Shown here: one piece after another, positions 17,792 through 26,579 of the stretch | Numbering within the stretch: the first letter of the stretch is position 1 | How the letters are laid out: every line of letters begins with the position of its first letter | Source of the DNA: an uncultured Pseudomonadales bacterium | Lineage (GTDB): Bacteria; Patescibacteriota; Microgenomatia; UBA1400; PJMF01 | Assembly: GCA_964555515.1 (NCBI GenBank) | Contig: CAZKSJ010000001.1 | Coordinates: 11,421-72,259, forward strand | Direction: 5' to 3' | Length of the DNA stretch: 60,839 nt | Notes under the pieces: model-generated | Database searches by the model: none | Told to the model about the DNA's origin: nothing | What the model saw: the letters and a program-made list of their open reading frames with translations, nothing else | Made by a program: the position numbers and the translations under genes

Positions 17792-17970
17792 ACACCATAT
17801 GTTACTGCGTGAGATGATTTTGTCCAGAGTGAAGCAGGGTTTTGTGAAGCGAAGTCGTGAGTCGACGTTAAACAGCCACTTTCCGTCAACGCTTCAGAAG
17901 TGAATTAATATTGCCCAGGTTAAAAATCAATCGACGACGGCTATCAGCTACGTGAATTAAATCCGATTAG

Positions 17971-18006
17971 AATAAAACACCCCCCCGCCTTTGGCAGGGG
18001 GGTGTT
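17971..18006 (-). terminator. Rho-independent terminator of the pilin gene/pilus operon
   Basis: The minus strand reads AACACCCCCCTGCCAAAGGCGGGGGGGTGTT followed by TTATTCT. It is a GC-rich stem about 20 nt after the pilA stop. Confidence 0.7.
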
Positions 18007-18027
18007 AAACTTCGTTTCTCTTAAAAA

Positions 18028-18501
18028 CTATCGAGTAGCCGAAATACTGGCAGCCAATTCAGCCGCTGGAGCAGCTACAGTCACACGATTATTAGTTGAA
18101 CTGCTGACAACTGTGTAGTTAGTATCATAAGCACCAACACATTGATCTTGCGTCACAGCTGGCCCAGTTAATGGATCCACTGGCAATGCCGCTAAATAAT
18201 CAGTGACAAGATCTCCGCAAATGTCAGCACCTGTATCAGAAATATTTTGAGGAGTCGTAGTAATACCAGTTGGTAATTGACCGGCATTGTCTGCCGCGTA
18301 TTGATGAATAGCATTTAAAATAGCATTCACATCGCTTGACCTTTGAGTGTTGTTGGCCTGCGCAAATTGTCTAGCTGGGTTAATAGCCACTAGTGTAATC
18401 GCTAATAACACGGCCAAGATGCCGATCACGACCAGCAGTTCAATTAATGTAAAGCCAGCTAAATTTCTACGTTTGGTGAGGGTGGGGAGGACTTGTTTCA
18501 T
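18028..18501 (-). CDS. pilA: Type IV major pilin (prepilin with class III signal peptide)
   Basis: Leader MKQVLPTLTKRRNLAG, then FTLIELLVVIGILAVLLAITLV with Glu at +5. C-terminal Cys residues. Last gene of the cluster, followed by a strong terminator. Confidence 0.85.
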   Translation of the reverse strand: MKQVLPTLTKRRNLAGFTLIELLVVIGILAVLLAITLVAINPARQFAQANNTQRSSDVNAILNAIHQYAADNAGQLPTGITTTPQNISDTGADICGDLVTDYLAALPVDPLTGPAVTQDQCVGAYDTNYTVVSSSTNNRVTVAAPAAELAASISATR

Positions 18502-18510
18502 AATGTGTCT

Positions 18511-18540
18511 ATCTTAGACCAATTTTTTAAACCTGGTCAA
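18511..18540 (-). promoter_or_regulatory. Candidate pilA promoter, possibly giving a near-leaderless mRNA
   Basis: The minus strand reads TTGACC (18540-18535), an 18-nt spacer and TAAGAT (18516-18511), then 9 nt with no SD before the ATG at 18501. Confidence 0.35.
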
Positions 18541-18549
18541 TAGGTAAAT

Positions 18550-19776
18550 TTATACTGAGGTCAAGACTATAGATATATCTACATCAAAGTCATCTATTTG
18601 CTGCACCTTTGCCTGATAATTCAGCTTCATGAGTTCATCAACCAGTAATTCTTGTAAAATAATGGGCACATTCTTTGAAACTTTGATAACTATTGGACCG
18701 AACGTGGTTGATTCTAAATTGCGTACTTGAACTTCTTTAAATCCGGCAGTTTTTAATGCTTCTTGCACAATTTGCGCTTCCTCATCCTTCTCTTGACTGT
18801 AATCAATTGATACTTTTAGGTCTTGTAAGTTTTTATTTGCCGATGGAGTGCTTTGTAGATACGTTCCCAAATCTATTCTTGTTTCAAGTGGTATGACTGC
18901 CGCAGATTCAATTGGTTCGGGATTAATTGGTAAATCTGCCACGATCTCAGTTTGAGGGGTAATCACGATTTTTTGATCTCTTTTCATTGACCAAAAAACA
19001 ACTGCTCCTAATATTAATAACAAAATTACAAAGGCGCCTAGCATTAAGTATAGTCTTTTTTTATCCTCAGGAAGTGCTGTCGGAATCTGATTGTTGATTG
19101 CAGGCGATGATACTTGATCTTCCGAAATCATACGTGAATTTAATAAATCTCCAGATTTGAATTTGTCGATCGAGTGCAATAACATTAATGCAGCTTCTGG
19201 AGTGTATCCACCATGATCAAAGACTTCTCCAACCACAGCCATCGGAAAAATGTGGGTTACTCTAAAATGATTATCTGCTAAGACCTTAATCATTGGCTCA
19301 TAAAGATCTCTGTTAGTGACTAATATTAATTTCTTCTTTCCAAACTCAATAATATTTGAATATGTGTTGCTAAAAGGAACGCTCTGCACAAATCTTCTTT
19401 TCTCCTCTATCTCCGCCTCATTTTGTTCAAAACTTGAGATTGGTTTTTCTGGTGCAGCCTCTCCCAATTCAGTTTTTTCACCCTTATATTCTGACAACTC
19501 TCGTTGTTGTTCTTTTGAAATCGGTTGAACTTCTTGCGTAAAATAAATGCTACTATCCAGTAAGATTGTCACTTCACCACTGATCAACTTCATTTGACTC
19601 AAAAATGTGTTGAGTGTTTTTGTGAATACTTCTAAATCTAAGATTTCAAGTTTATTAACCACTTTGGGGTCAAATTTCCAAGTTCCTATTTTGCCATTAG
19701 ATTTCCTAAAAACGCTTAATTGCGATCTTTGCAACAAAAAAAGGTATTGTTCAACTTCTTTTTTATGAAATTTCAT
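18550..19776 (-). CDS. Bitopic pilus-locus protein, candidate PilM/PilN/PilO-like assembly component
   Basis: About 230 aa cytoplasmic domain, TM helix LYLMLGAFVILLLILGAVVFW, then about 150 aa external domain. The ATG at 19776 overlaps the upstream stop (ATGA). Function inferred from position only. Confidence 0.4.
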   Translation of the reverse strand: MKFHKKEVEQYLFLLQRSQLSVFRKSNGKIGTWKFDPKVVNKLEILDLEVFTKTLNTFLSQMKLISGEVTILLDSSIYFTQEVQPISKEQQRELSEYKGEKTELGEAAPEKPISSFEQNEAEIEEKRRFVQSVPFSNTYSNIIEFGKKKLILVTNRDLYEPMIKVLADNHFRVTHIFPMAVVGEVFDHGGYTPEAALMLLHSIDKFKSGDLLNSRMISEDQVSSPAINNQIPTALPEDKKRLYLMLGAFVILLLILGAVVFWSMKRDQKIVITPQTEIVADLPINPEPIESAAVIPLETRIDLGTYLQSTPSANKNLQDLKVSIDYSQEKDEEAQIVQEALKTAGFKEVQVRNLESTTFGPIVIKVSKNVPIILQELLVDELMKLNYQAKVQQIDDFDVDISIVLTSV

Positions 19777-20174
19777 TCTATTTCTCTCCAAGCATCAACG
19801 GTTAGTACGCCATTCTCGCGCTCTAGTTGTACTTCCACAATTCTCTGCGCTACCCCAATCTCACCAGTTGAGGTGACGACTATTGCCTCTGAACCGCTAA
19901 CCGTTATAACTGCTTGTCCATCACCTACGCTGAGCACTTCACCAGTATAACCTGGATCGCGAAGTAATCTCAAGATGGCATTTTCCGCACCACTTTCGGC
20001 AATCATGAGACTCTGATCTGCAATCAAGGCATTTGAAGAAATGGCGGTATTGTCTATCATCATCATGATGGCTGCAGTCGTGATTGTTGTTCCCACAATC
20101 ATAAAGATCAGTAAAGCAATCAAAATGCTACCTTGCTGGTCAGAAAATGCAGATTTATGGAATAGTTTCATCAT
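19773..20174 (-). CDS. Minor pilin, PilX/GspK-like (no Glu at +5)
   Basis: The leader ends in ..SDQQG and is followed by SILIALLIFMIVGTTITTAAIMMM. The hydrophobic N-terminus lacks E5, as in GspK/PilX-type pseudopilins. Confidence 0.6.
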   Translation of the reverse strand: MMKLFHKSAFSDQQGSILIALLIFMIVGTTITTAAIMMMIDNTAISSNALIADQSLMIAESGAENAILRLLRDPGYTGEVLSVGDGQAVITVSGSEAIVVTSTGEIGVAQRIVEVQLERENGVLTVDAWREIE

Positions 20175-20184
20175 TATTTATGAT

Positions 20185-20703
20185 CTATCTAATACCGATG
20201 GTTGATTGAAACTCTCTACTCTCCAAACCTGCATTTTGGATGATCGGGCTTGTAACTTGATAACTAACTCTCAAGGCATGTTTTCCCCCAGGATTGCCAA
20301 GCCTTTGGATTGAGAAATTACTTATTTCTGTATCATAATTTAATACTTGGGGAACATTCTGGATTGAAAGAGTTAATTGGTTATTTGCCACAGCATAGCT
20401 ATAAATCTGACCATCAATGCTTAATTCCATGCCAGACATCGTCTCTCCAAGAGATGAGGGTTGTTCTATCGAGCTGGACCTTTTAATATCATATGCCAAC
20501 CTGGTCAGGATATACTGGCCATCACGCTCCACTGCTGAAAGTGCTTGACTTTGGCTTTTTGCCTCTAAGATAGATAAAAACAAGGAACTCAGTTGCACCA
20601 AAATGAGCGACACCAATGCAAAATATAGCAGCAACTCCACCAAGGTATATCCTTTATCAAATCTTTTCTTAGTTAAATTATCCATTTTCATAATCAAGGC
20701 CAC
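20185..20703 (-). CDS. Minor pilin (PilW/GspJ-like prepilin)
   Basis: Prepilin motif ..RFDKG then YTLVELLLYFALVSLIL, with Glu at +5. Confidence 0.7.
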   Translation of the reverse strand: MALIMKMDNLTKKRFDKGYTLVELLLYFALVSLILVQLSSLFLSILEAKSQSQALSAVERDGQYILTRLAYDIKRSSSIEQPSSLGETMSGMELSIDGQIYSYAVANNQLTLSIQNVPQVLNYDTEISNFSIQRLGNPGGKHALRVSYQVTSPIIQNAGLESREFQSTIGIR

Positions 20704-20705
20704 AG

Positions 20706-22685
20706 CTAAGGAGAGTAATTGATAATTAATGAATCTACTACTGGCGTACTAGAGCTGTCGGCGGTTTCTAGAAAAACCTTATATTTAAAACACCTAGCAG
20801 GATTCTCATAGCCAGAACCATCGTCATCGATAGGTATTGACCCTTCATCTATAAAAAACGTAGAGCTTGTTCCGTCAGGACCGACAAAAATGTATGATGG
20901 TTCGACACAATTTCCGTTAACTGCATCTGCTACCGCAACTTGAAACTGCGCACTAGTTTGATTTGGAACAGTAATATTCGAAAGAATGTAATTATAGGCT
21001 GTAGAGTAACCAGCATCAAAATACTGAGACTCAAAGGTGCCTGTAGTAGAGAAAGAATCTCCTGCACCGCCCTCTATGATCTTAAACTCAGAGGTGTTAT
21101 CTTTACTCACTATATATGAATACGCCTCCCCGTCTTGCTCCAGAACCCCATCAACACCATAAACGCCAGTATCTAGATTGAGACTGCCGCACATGTTGGG
21201 ACTTGTTTCTGATGTTATATCAATAACCTGATACTCATTGCCGCCTGTACCAACTACAATGAGCTTGTTTTCTGTGACCAGCGCTAAATCATTAGGATTC
21301 ATGCCATTGGTGTCGTAAGTACCTATTGCAGGCAAAGATCCTGATTTGCTAGTGGTGTCTATTATGAATAATTCTCTCATGTCACCGGCCTCATCTGTAA
21401 TCAAATATGCTCTTGTGCCCGTTTCATTAACCTCCACATCTTTACCTCGTCTACTATTGACATTTGCATAACCCGCTCTTGATAAATCTCTGGGATTGGA
21501 GATGTCGATCAACTGCATTTCTCTCAGACCAAAATCCAGCGCCACGTAAGCGTAGTTACCCTTAACATCAACTCTGTAACCGGTTGCCGGCCAAAATACA
21601 TAAGGACTAAGATTAATTGAGTCTAATTCTGGCAGATTGCCAGATTTATTAGTTAAATCTACGGTGTGTAATTTTGGCCCGATTACTACGTATGCTACAT
21701 TACCAGAAACATATACTCCCTGGGCTGAACCCCACCAGTATGTGTCATTGAAAACAGCTACTTCCTGGCCTGTAGTTAGATCTATAACCAATAAGTCTTT
21801 AGATACGTCTCCTGTGGCAATATAGGCGTAATTTTCATCTATAAAAATGTCATTTGTATCATACCCCGCAATTTGATTTGCAATGTTTACTCCAGGAGGA
21901 TCGTCCTGACTAATATCCATCTCTACAAATACTCCATCAGTTCCATCAGTACCACTGAATGCCTTACCTTCAATGGCCCGAACAACTTTGGCTCGTCCTG
22001 TTCCAGGCAAATCCTTTTCCGTCCTGATGTAGTCACTTGGTTTGCACCAATTCCCTTTACCCCCAGAGCCTAAAATAATTTCTCCCCCATAATTGTTTAC
22101 TATTGCCGTACCACTAACTTCGCCATCCAAAAAATCAGCCTCACTTGTCTCAATGATTGACAAATTATCCAAATATCTTGTCATGTAAATTGAAGACGAA
22201 ATTTGCGATAAATTCGGTTGATTCCAACTGATCTGAATATCAATTTTCTTCGTTGAAGGGTCGACCAAACCTTCTGAATCAACTATATTTCCTTCCCCAT
22301 CTCTCATCACGTCAGAAATAGTTAGCTGTCTTAAAAAAAGACCGATTGTTTCTGAGCCCGCTGCTAGTGTCCAAGTCGATCCAGTTATCGCTGGGTGGTA
22401 AACACCATTGACAGCAATTGAGTCCCAATTGGCCTCCCTGATGACGCGAAGGGCTTCCGAAGTCTCTATTAGCAGTCCATTTGCCTGAATTCTATTTTCT
22501 CTCTGCACCGATCCCTGCTGAGTAGTTATGATGGCTCCAATTAGAGCGGGGGTGACGACTGCCATCAGTGCCATGACAACCAGGATCTCGATTAAAAGCT
22601 GACCAGATCTCAAATGAGCAAAGTGGAAGCTGCTTAAACGAGCAGTTATTAATCTAAGAAAGTTGATCTCAGTTTTTTTGCGCAT
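20706..22685 (-). CDS. Giant minor pilin: prepilin N-terminus fused to an LVIVD-repeat beta-propeller and a C-terminal beta domain
   Basis: Prepilin motif ..HLRSG then QLLIEILVVMALMAVV (E5). Repeats: ENYAYIATGDVSKDLLVIDLT, GNVAYVVIGPKLHTVDLT, GNYAYVALDFGLREMQLIDISNP, TRAYLITDEAGDMRELFIIDTT and NKLIVVGTGGNEYQVIDITS. Confidence 0.7.
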   Translation of the reverse strand: MRKKTEINFLRLITARLSSFHFAHLRSGQLLIEILVVMALMAVVTPALIGAIITTQQGSVQRENRIQANGLLIETSEALRVIREANWDSIAVNGVYHPAITGSTWTLAAGSETIGLFLRQLTISDVMRDGEGNIVDSEGLVDPSTKKIDIQISWNQPNLSQISSSIYMTRYLDNLSIIETSEADFLDGEVSGTAIVNNYGGEIILGSGGKGNWCKPSDYIRTEKDLPGTGRAKVVRAIEGKAFSGTDGTDGVFVEMDISQDDPPGVNIANQIAGYDTNDIFIDENYAYIATGDVSKDLLVIDLTTGQEVAVFNDTYWWGSAQGVYVSGNVAYVVIGPKLHTVDLTNKSGNLPELDSINLSPYVFWPATGYRVDVKGNYAYVALDFGLREMQLIDISNPRDLSRAGYANVNSRRGKDVEVNETGTRAYLITDEAGDMRELFIIDTTSKSGSLPAIGTYDTNGMNPNDLALVTENKLIVVGTGGNEYQVIDITSETSPNMCGSLNLDTGVYGVDGVLEQDGEAYSYIVSKDNTSEFKIIEGGAGDSFSTTGTFESQYFDAGYSTAYNYILSNITVPNQTSAQFQVAVADAVNGNCVEPSYIFVGPDGTSSTFFIDEGSIPIDDDGSGYENPARCFKYKVFLETADSSSTPVVDSLIINYSP

Positions 22686-23163
22686 GTATTACTCCCAACT
22701 GATTAATCTCAAAATTAATTTGATCACCAGTGGATATATTTACCATCACGAATGTGTCTAAATCAGAGTTATAGTTCACTACTTCACCACTAACAGGAGA
22801 AAAAATTATTTCTCTCTGAGGCAAAGTTACCGATGAAAAACTTAGGTCTTGGGGTAAAGAAACAACAATATTGGCAGAATCAGACACATTAAAAGTGTCA
22901 CCCTGAAACAAGATGTATTGGTCATCGTCCAAATACACACCATGTGGTAATACTTCGCCAACGTTGGTATAACTCCCTTGCATAGCCTGCATTTGTTGGC
23001 GTCTCATATCTGAGACAATGGTTTGTTGATACTCATTAATGTTAGTTCTGGGGATCAATCCTGATAACGAAATGCCCGATAAAGCAAACACCACCACAAA
23101 TAGCGACAACACAACTAATATTTCTACCAGAGTCATTCCTCTAGAATGTTTAGGATTTAGCAT
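22669..23163 (-). CDS. Minor pilin (GspH/FimT-like prepilin)
   Basis: Prepilin motif MLNPKHSRG then MTLVEILVVLSLFVVV, with Glu at +5. Overlaps the next gene by 17 nt. Confidence 0.7.
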   Translation of the reverse strand: MLNPKHSRGMTLVEILVVLSLFVVVFALSGISLSGLIPRTNINEYQQTIVSDMRRQQMQAMQGSYTNVGEVLPHGVYLDDDQYILFQGDTFNVSDSANIVVSLPQDLSFSSVTLPQREIIFSPVSGEVVNYNSDLDTFVMVNISTGDQINFEINQLGVIHAQKN

Positions 23164-23174
23164 AGCAAATTATA

Positions 23175-25424
23175 TTATTCACTTTCTTTCTTCGAACTAG
23201 CAAAAGATTCTTCAGGCACACTTTTGTCTCCATTTTGAGGACGTATTTTTTTTAGTTCCTTTTCAGTATAGACTGGCACTGTAAAACTAAAAGTAGAACC
23301 TTTGTCATGGCCATCCGACTCAACCCAAATTTTACCGCCATGCAACTCCACAATTGACTTACTGATATACAAACCTAAACCAGTACCTTGTGCCGCATCA
23401 CCATTGGAGGCATATGATTCCTTCAGCATGCCAAACTTTTTAAACAACTTGGTCATCTGATCTTTATTCAAACCAACCCCAGTATCGATGACACTTATCG
23501 TCACAAACTGCTTGGTGGCGGTTAAACAGATCCTCACCTTGCCATTAGAAGGAGTGAACTTGAGCGCGTTACCGATCAAGTTGGTCAACACTTCTGAAAT
23601 TTTGTCGCGATCAACCATCACATCTGGTAAATCTGACATTTTGTGAGTTTTAGTAGTCGGGCACTCAATGGTCACCTGTACTCCATGCTCTTCAGATCTA
23701 GGCTGAAATTCGCCCACGATTTGCTCCACCACCTCGCCAATATTTACCTGATCAATGTTGAGCACAATTCTGCCAGACTCAATTCTGGAAATGTTTAATA
23801 AATCATTAATCAATTGTGACATCCGGTTAGCTGACGCATAAGCTCGGTCTAAATAAAACTTTTGTTTCCGTTGCAACTTGCCGCCCTTTCCCGCCAGCGT
23901 CATCCAGATATAGTTCTTGATCGACACCATGGGAGTACGCAACTCATGCGAAGCAATTGATACAAATTCGTCTTTAAGTTTGTCTAGTTCCTGCAGTTTT
24001 TTATTGGCAGACACCAACTTGCCAGTTGCTCGATCAATTTCATCTTCTAAAGTAACATTAAATCTGCGAATTTCTTCATAGGCCTTGGCATTTTCGATGG
24101 CAACAGCTGCTTCTGAAGCAATAATGTTCACCAATTTTGCGTCCCGGTTGGAAAACGGATCTCCGGACAGCTTACCTCCCAGAGTAATTAAGCCAATTGT
24201 TTGGCCTTCTTTAATCATCTCAATGACCAACTCAAACTGGTACTTTTTGAATATATCCTGCAGTTTCGTGTCATTTAACGACTCATAAATCATCAACTCA
24301 TTGGGATGAAGAAGATCTCCAATCTCCTTTTCATCAATTACTGGAGTCTGATCATAACCTTCACTGATGACCTGATAAACTTCATTTTCCTCGATCAAAA
24401 TAATCATACCTCTACTAATTTTCATGTTGCTCAGCATCCGCTGTAATAATCTGCGGCATAAATCCTCCAAAAGCAGTGTCGAGGCCATGATTAGTGTTAA
24501 TTTGTGCAACAATTCTTCAAAATCGTAATAATCTTGATAAAAAATGTTATCTGTAGTCTTAGTGAGAAATCTTTTTAAGGGTTGTAGTGTAAAACCAACT
24601 ACAATTGAGAATAATACAAAGATGCCTGCCAAACGTAGATCTATCAAGCTGCCAAACACTAGGTTGGAAAATAAAAACAGAAAAATACTTTGAAAAGCGG
24701 CAAAAATTATGAGTATTAAAAAATATGACACGGTTCTAGCTAGCACTGGTCTGATATCCAGGAGTTGGTATCTACCGATAGCGGAAGCAATCGCAACTGC
24801 GCCCAACAAAAGAAATAATGGCGACCAGATGACGAACCAAGTCACATCAAAAATTAAGGGTAAAATCACGGTTGCCAAGAGCATTAATATCAAGCTGATA
24901 GAAATCCCCACAGCAATCAACTGGAGTTGCTGCCGTAAATAACCTTTGCTAAGTCGATATTTTCGGATCAAGCTTACTACTCCTCCCAAAACTGCCCCCA
25001 CCTGCAGCATCATGAACGACAGTACTGCCGGGCCGGCTTCAATTTTTAATGAGCCATCATCAATTGATACTTTGGAAAAAATCAAACCCATATAGGCCAA
25101 GATGAAGTTTAGTAATACCCACAACAAGAGTAGAGCTTGAATTTTCAGATTGAAAATTAATTTTTGTGTCGGGAAAACTTTCACAAAACAGAAAAAGAAA
25201 GGTCCTGCGGGAATAGCTGAAAAAAGAATCATTTTCGAAAAAAAGTCCAACCCAATCTGAGAATTAGTGGTTAAAGCTAAATAATTGAAAATTGGATACA
25301 GGCTAATACAAAATAAGAGGAACGCAAAATAAATATGCGTCCCGCTTCGTCGATTCTTAAGAAGGATGAAAAGCCCCAACACAAAACTCGTAAAGGCAGT
25401 AACGATCGCGACAATAAGTTCCAT
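23175..25424 (-). CDS. Sensor histidine kinase: multi-TM N-terminal domain, GAF-like domain, HisKA and HATPase_c
   Basis: About 8 TM helices in the first 290 aa. H-box FVSIASHELRTPM, N-box LTNLIGNALKFTP, and G-boxes DTGVGL and GTGLGLYISK. Confidence 0.85.
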   Translation of the reverse strand: MELIVAIVTAFTSFVLGLFILLKNRRSGTHIYFAFLLFCISLYPIFNYLALTTNSQIGLDFFSKMILFSAIPAGPFFFCFVKVFPTQKLIFNLKIQALLLLWVLLNFILAYMGLIFSKVSIDDGSLKIEAGPAVLSFMMLQVGAVLGGVVSLIRKYRLSKGYLRQQLQLIAVGISISLILMLLATVILPLIFDVTWFVIWSPLFLLLGAVAIASAIGRYQLLDIRPVLARTVSYFLILIIFAAFQSIFLFLFSNLVFGSLIDLRLAGIFVLFSIVVGFTLQPLKRFLTKTTDNIFYQDYYDFEELLHKLTLIMASTLLLEDLCRRLLQRMLSNMKISRGMIILIEENEVYQVISEGYDQTPVIDEKEIGDLLHPNELMIYESLNDTKLQDIFKKYQFELVIEMIKEGQTIGLITLGGKLSGDPFSNRDAKLVNIIASEAAVAIENAKAYEEIRRFNVTLEDEIDRATGKLVSANKKLQELDKLKDEFVSIASHELRTPMVSIKNYIWMTLAGKGGKLQRKQKFYLDRAYASANRMSQLINDLLNISRIESGRIVLNIDQVNIGEVVEQIVGEFQPRSEEHGVQVTIECPTTKTHKMSDLPDVMVDRDKISEVLTNLIGNALKFTPSNGKVRICLTATKQFVTISVIDTGVGLNKDQMTKLFKKFGMLKESYASNGDAAQGTGLGLYISKSIVELHGGKIWVESDGHDKGSTFSFTVPVYTEKELKKIRPQNGDKSVPEESFASSKKESE

Positions 25425-25430
25425 TGAGCT

Positions 25431-26579
25431 CTAGGATAAATCTACCGCCTCCAAAACACTTCTGCGTGGCGTGTGAATTTCCCTATTACCACTATACCCT
25501 AATCGAAAAAACATGTGGGGAGTGAGTTTGGGAATCTTGAAAAAGGACTTTAAAAATGTGGGATAATTTTGATTTTCGACGAGCGCTGCCATGGGCGTGG
25601 TGCTAATACCAAATTTTCTAGATACTAACGCAATTAATTGGTAGGCAATGCCTGCATTAATCCAACTAAGAGTATCGTCCTGACTGCCAGCAATGATGCC
25701 AACCGCCGGTGCAGAATTCAAGTTTTTGGCATCTTTGATCGATTGAATTTTGAGTGGCAAGACAAAGTAACGAATCACAACTGGACCCACCCAGGACATC
25801 AACATTGGTAAGCCAGAAACAAACCCAGGCATACCGTCTGAACGCTTGGTGTTATTTGCGCGCAACCACTGGCTTAGTTCATCTCTAAATAATCGATCCG
25901 CAGACATCTCGTATGCTGCCTGACGATACTGTCCAGCCAACAACTTAATCGCCTCCTCTCCCTGCTCAATTCTAAATTCTTGACTGGAAAAAATTGTCAC
26001 GTACCTGGTTGCTAATTCCATAATTCGGCAAGGTATACGCTTGGGCAGATACTTTCCCTTATCGGAGTAACGTGTGGTGATGCTGTCAAAAAGAGCCCTG
26101 AGCAAAAGCAACCTCACTTCACTACCAACACTTTTTTGTTTCTGAAAACTAACTTGAATAAAGGATTTAGTTGCCACTAATTGCTGATTGCCAATCATCA
26201 TTTGATTGTCTGCACGATCTTGCGATTGCTGGCCAGGTTGGTGGGAACTAGAATAGGGGTGGAAGTCTGATTGATCGCCTACCACCGTAAAGAAAGTTTC
26301 ATAGCCATAAGCGGCAGCAGTTACCTGAACATTAGCTATAAAACAACCCAAACTGACAAATATCCCCCGATTCTTGGGGTCAGCTGCAGGCAAACAAAGC
26401 TGATAGTTAGGTTTAATCAACAAACCATGTTCATAAATCTGCAACTTCCACGGCTGAGTATTATGAGTTGAGGGCGCCAGTATACCCGCCTTAAGACTTT
26501 CAATTATCACTATCGCTAAAGACTGACCTGATTGGGGGTGGTGTAAATGCTGCCAAGCATTGTAGTTCTTAGTTTTCAC
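25431..26579 (-). CDS. Acg-type (double-domain) nitroreductase-family protein
   Basis: N-terminal signature ILAPSTHNTQPWKL and GIFVSLGCFIANVQVTAAAYGYE, plus a second nitroreductase-like half. Its start codon directly abuts the stop of the ThiF-like gene (26579/26580). Confidence 0.65.
   Translation of the reverse strand: MKTKNYNAWQHLHHPQSGQSLAIVIIESLKAGILAPSTHNTQPWKLQIYEHGLLIKPNYQLCLPAADPKNRGIFVSLGCFIANVQVTAAAYGYETFFTVVGDQSDFHPYSSSHQPGQQSQDRADNQMMIGNQQLVATKSFIQVSFQKQKSVGSEVRLLLLRALFDSITTRYSDKGKYLPKRIPCRIMELATRYVTIFSSQEFRIEQGEEAIKLLAGQYRQAAYEMSADRLFRDELSQWLRANNTKRSDGMPGFVSGLPMLMSWVGPVVIRYFVLPLKIQSIKDAKNLNSAPAVGIIAGSQDDTLSWINAGIAYQLIALVSRKFGISTTPMAALVENQNYPTFLKSFFKIPKLTPHMFFRLGYSGNREIHTPRRSVLEAVDLS

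Noticed and set aside
17812-17970. Possible small RNA (SRP-RNA-like GUCC..AAGCAG string, GAAGCG/CGCTTC pairing, two GTGAATTAA copies) between the nuclease gene and the pilA terminator
   Set aside because: The match to the SRP domain IV consensus is partial and lacks a GNRA tetraloop context. The helices are short and imperfect. The interval is more simply the promoter/5' region of the nuclease gene. It would need cmsearch against Rfam to revisit.
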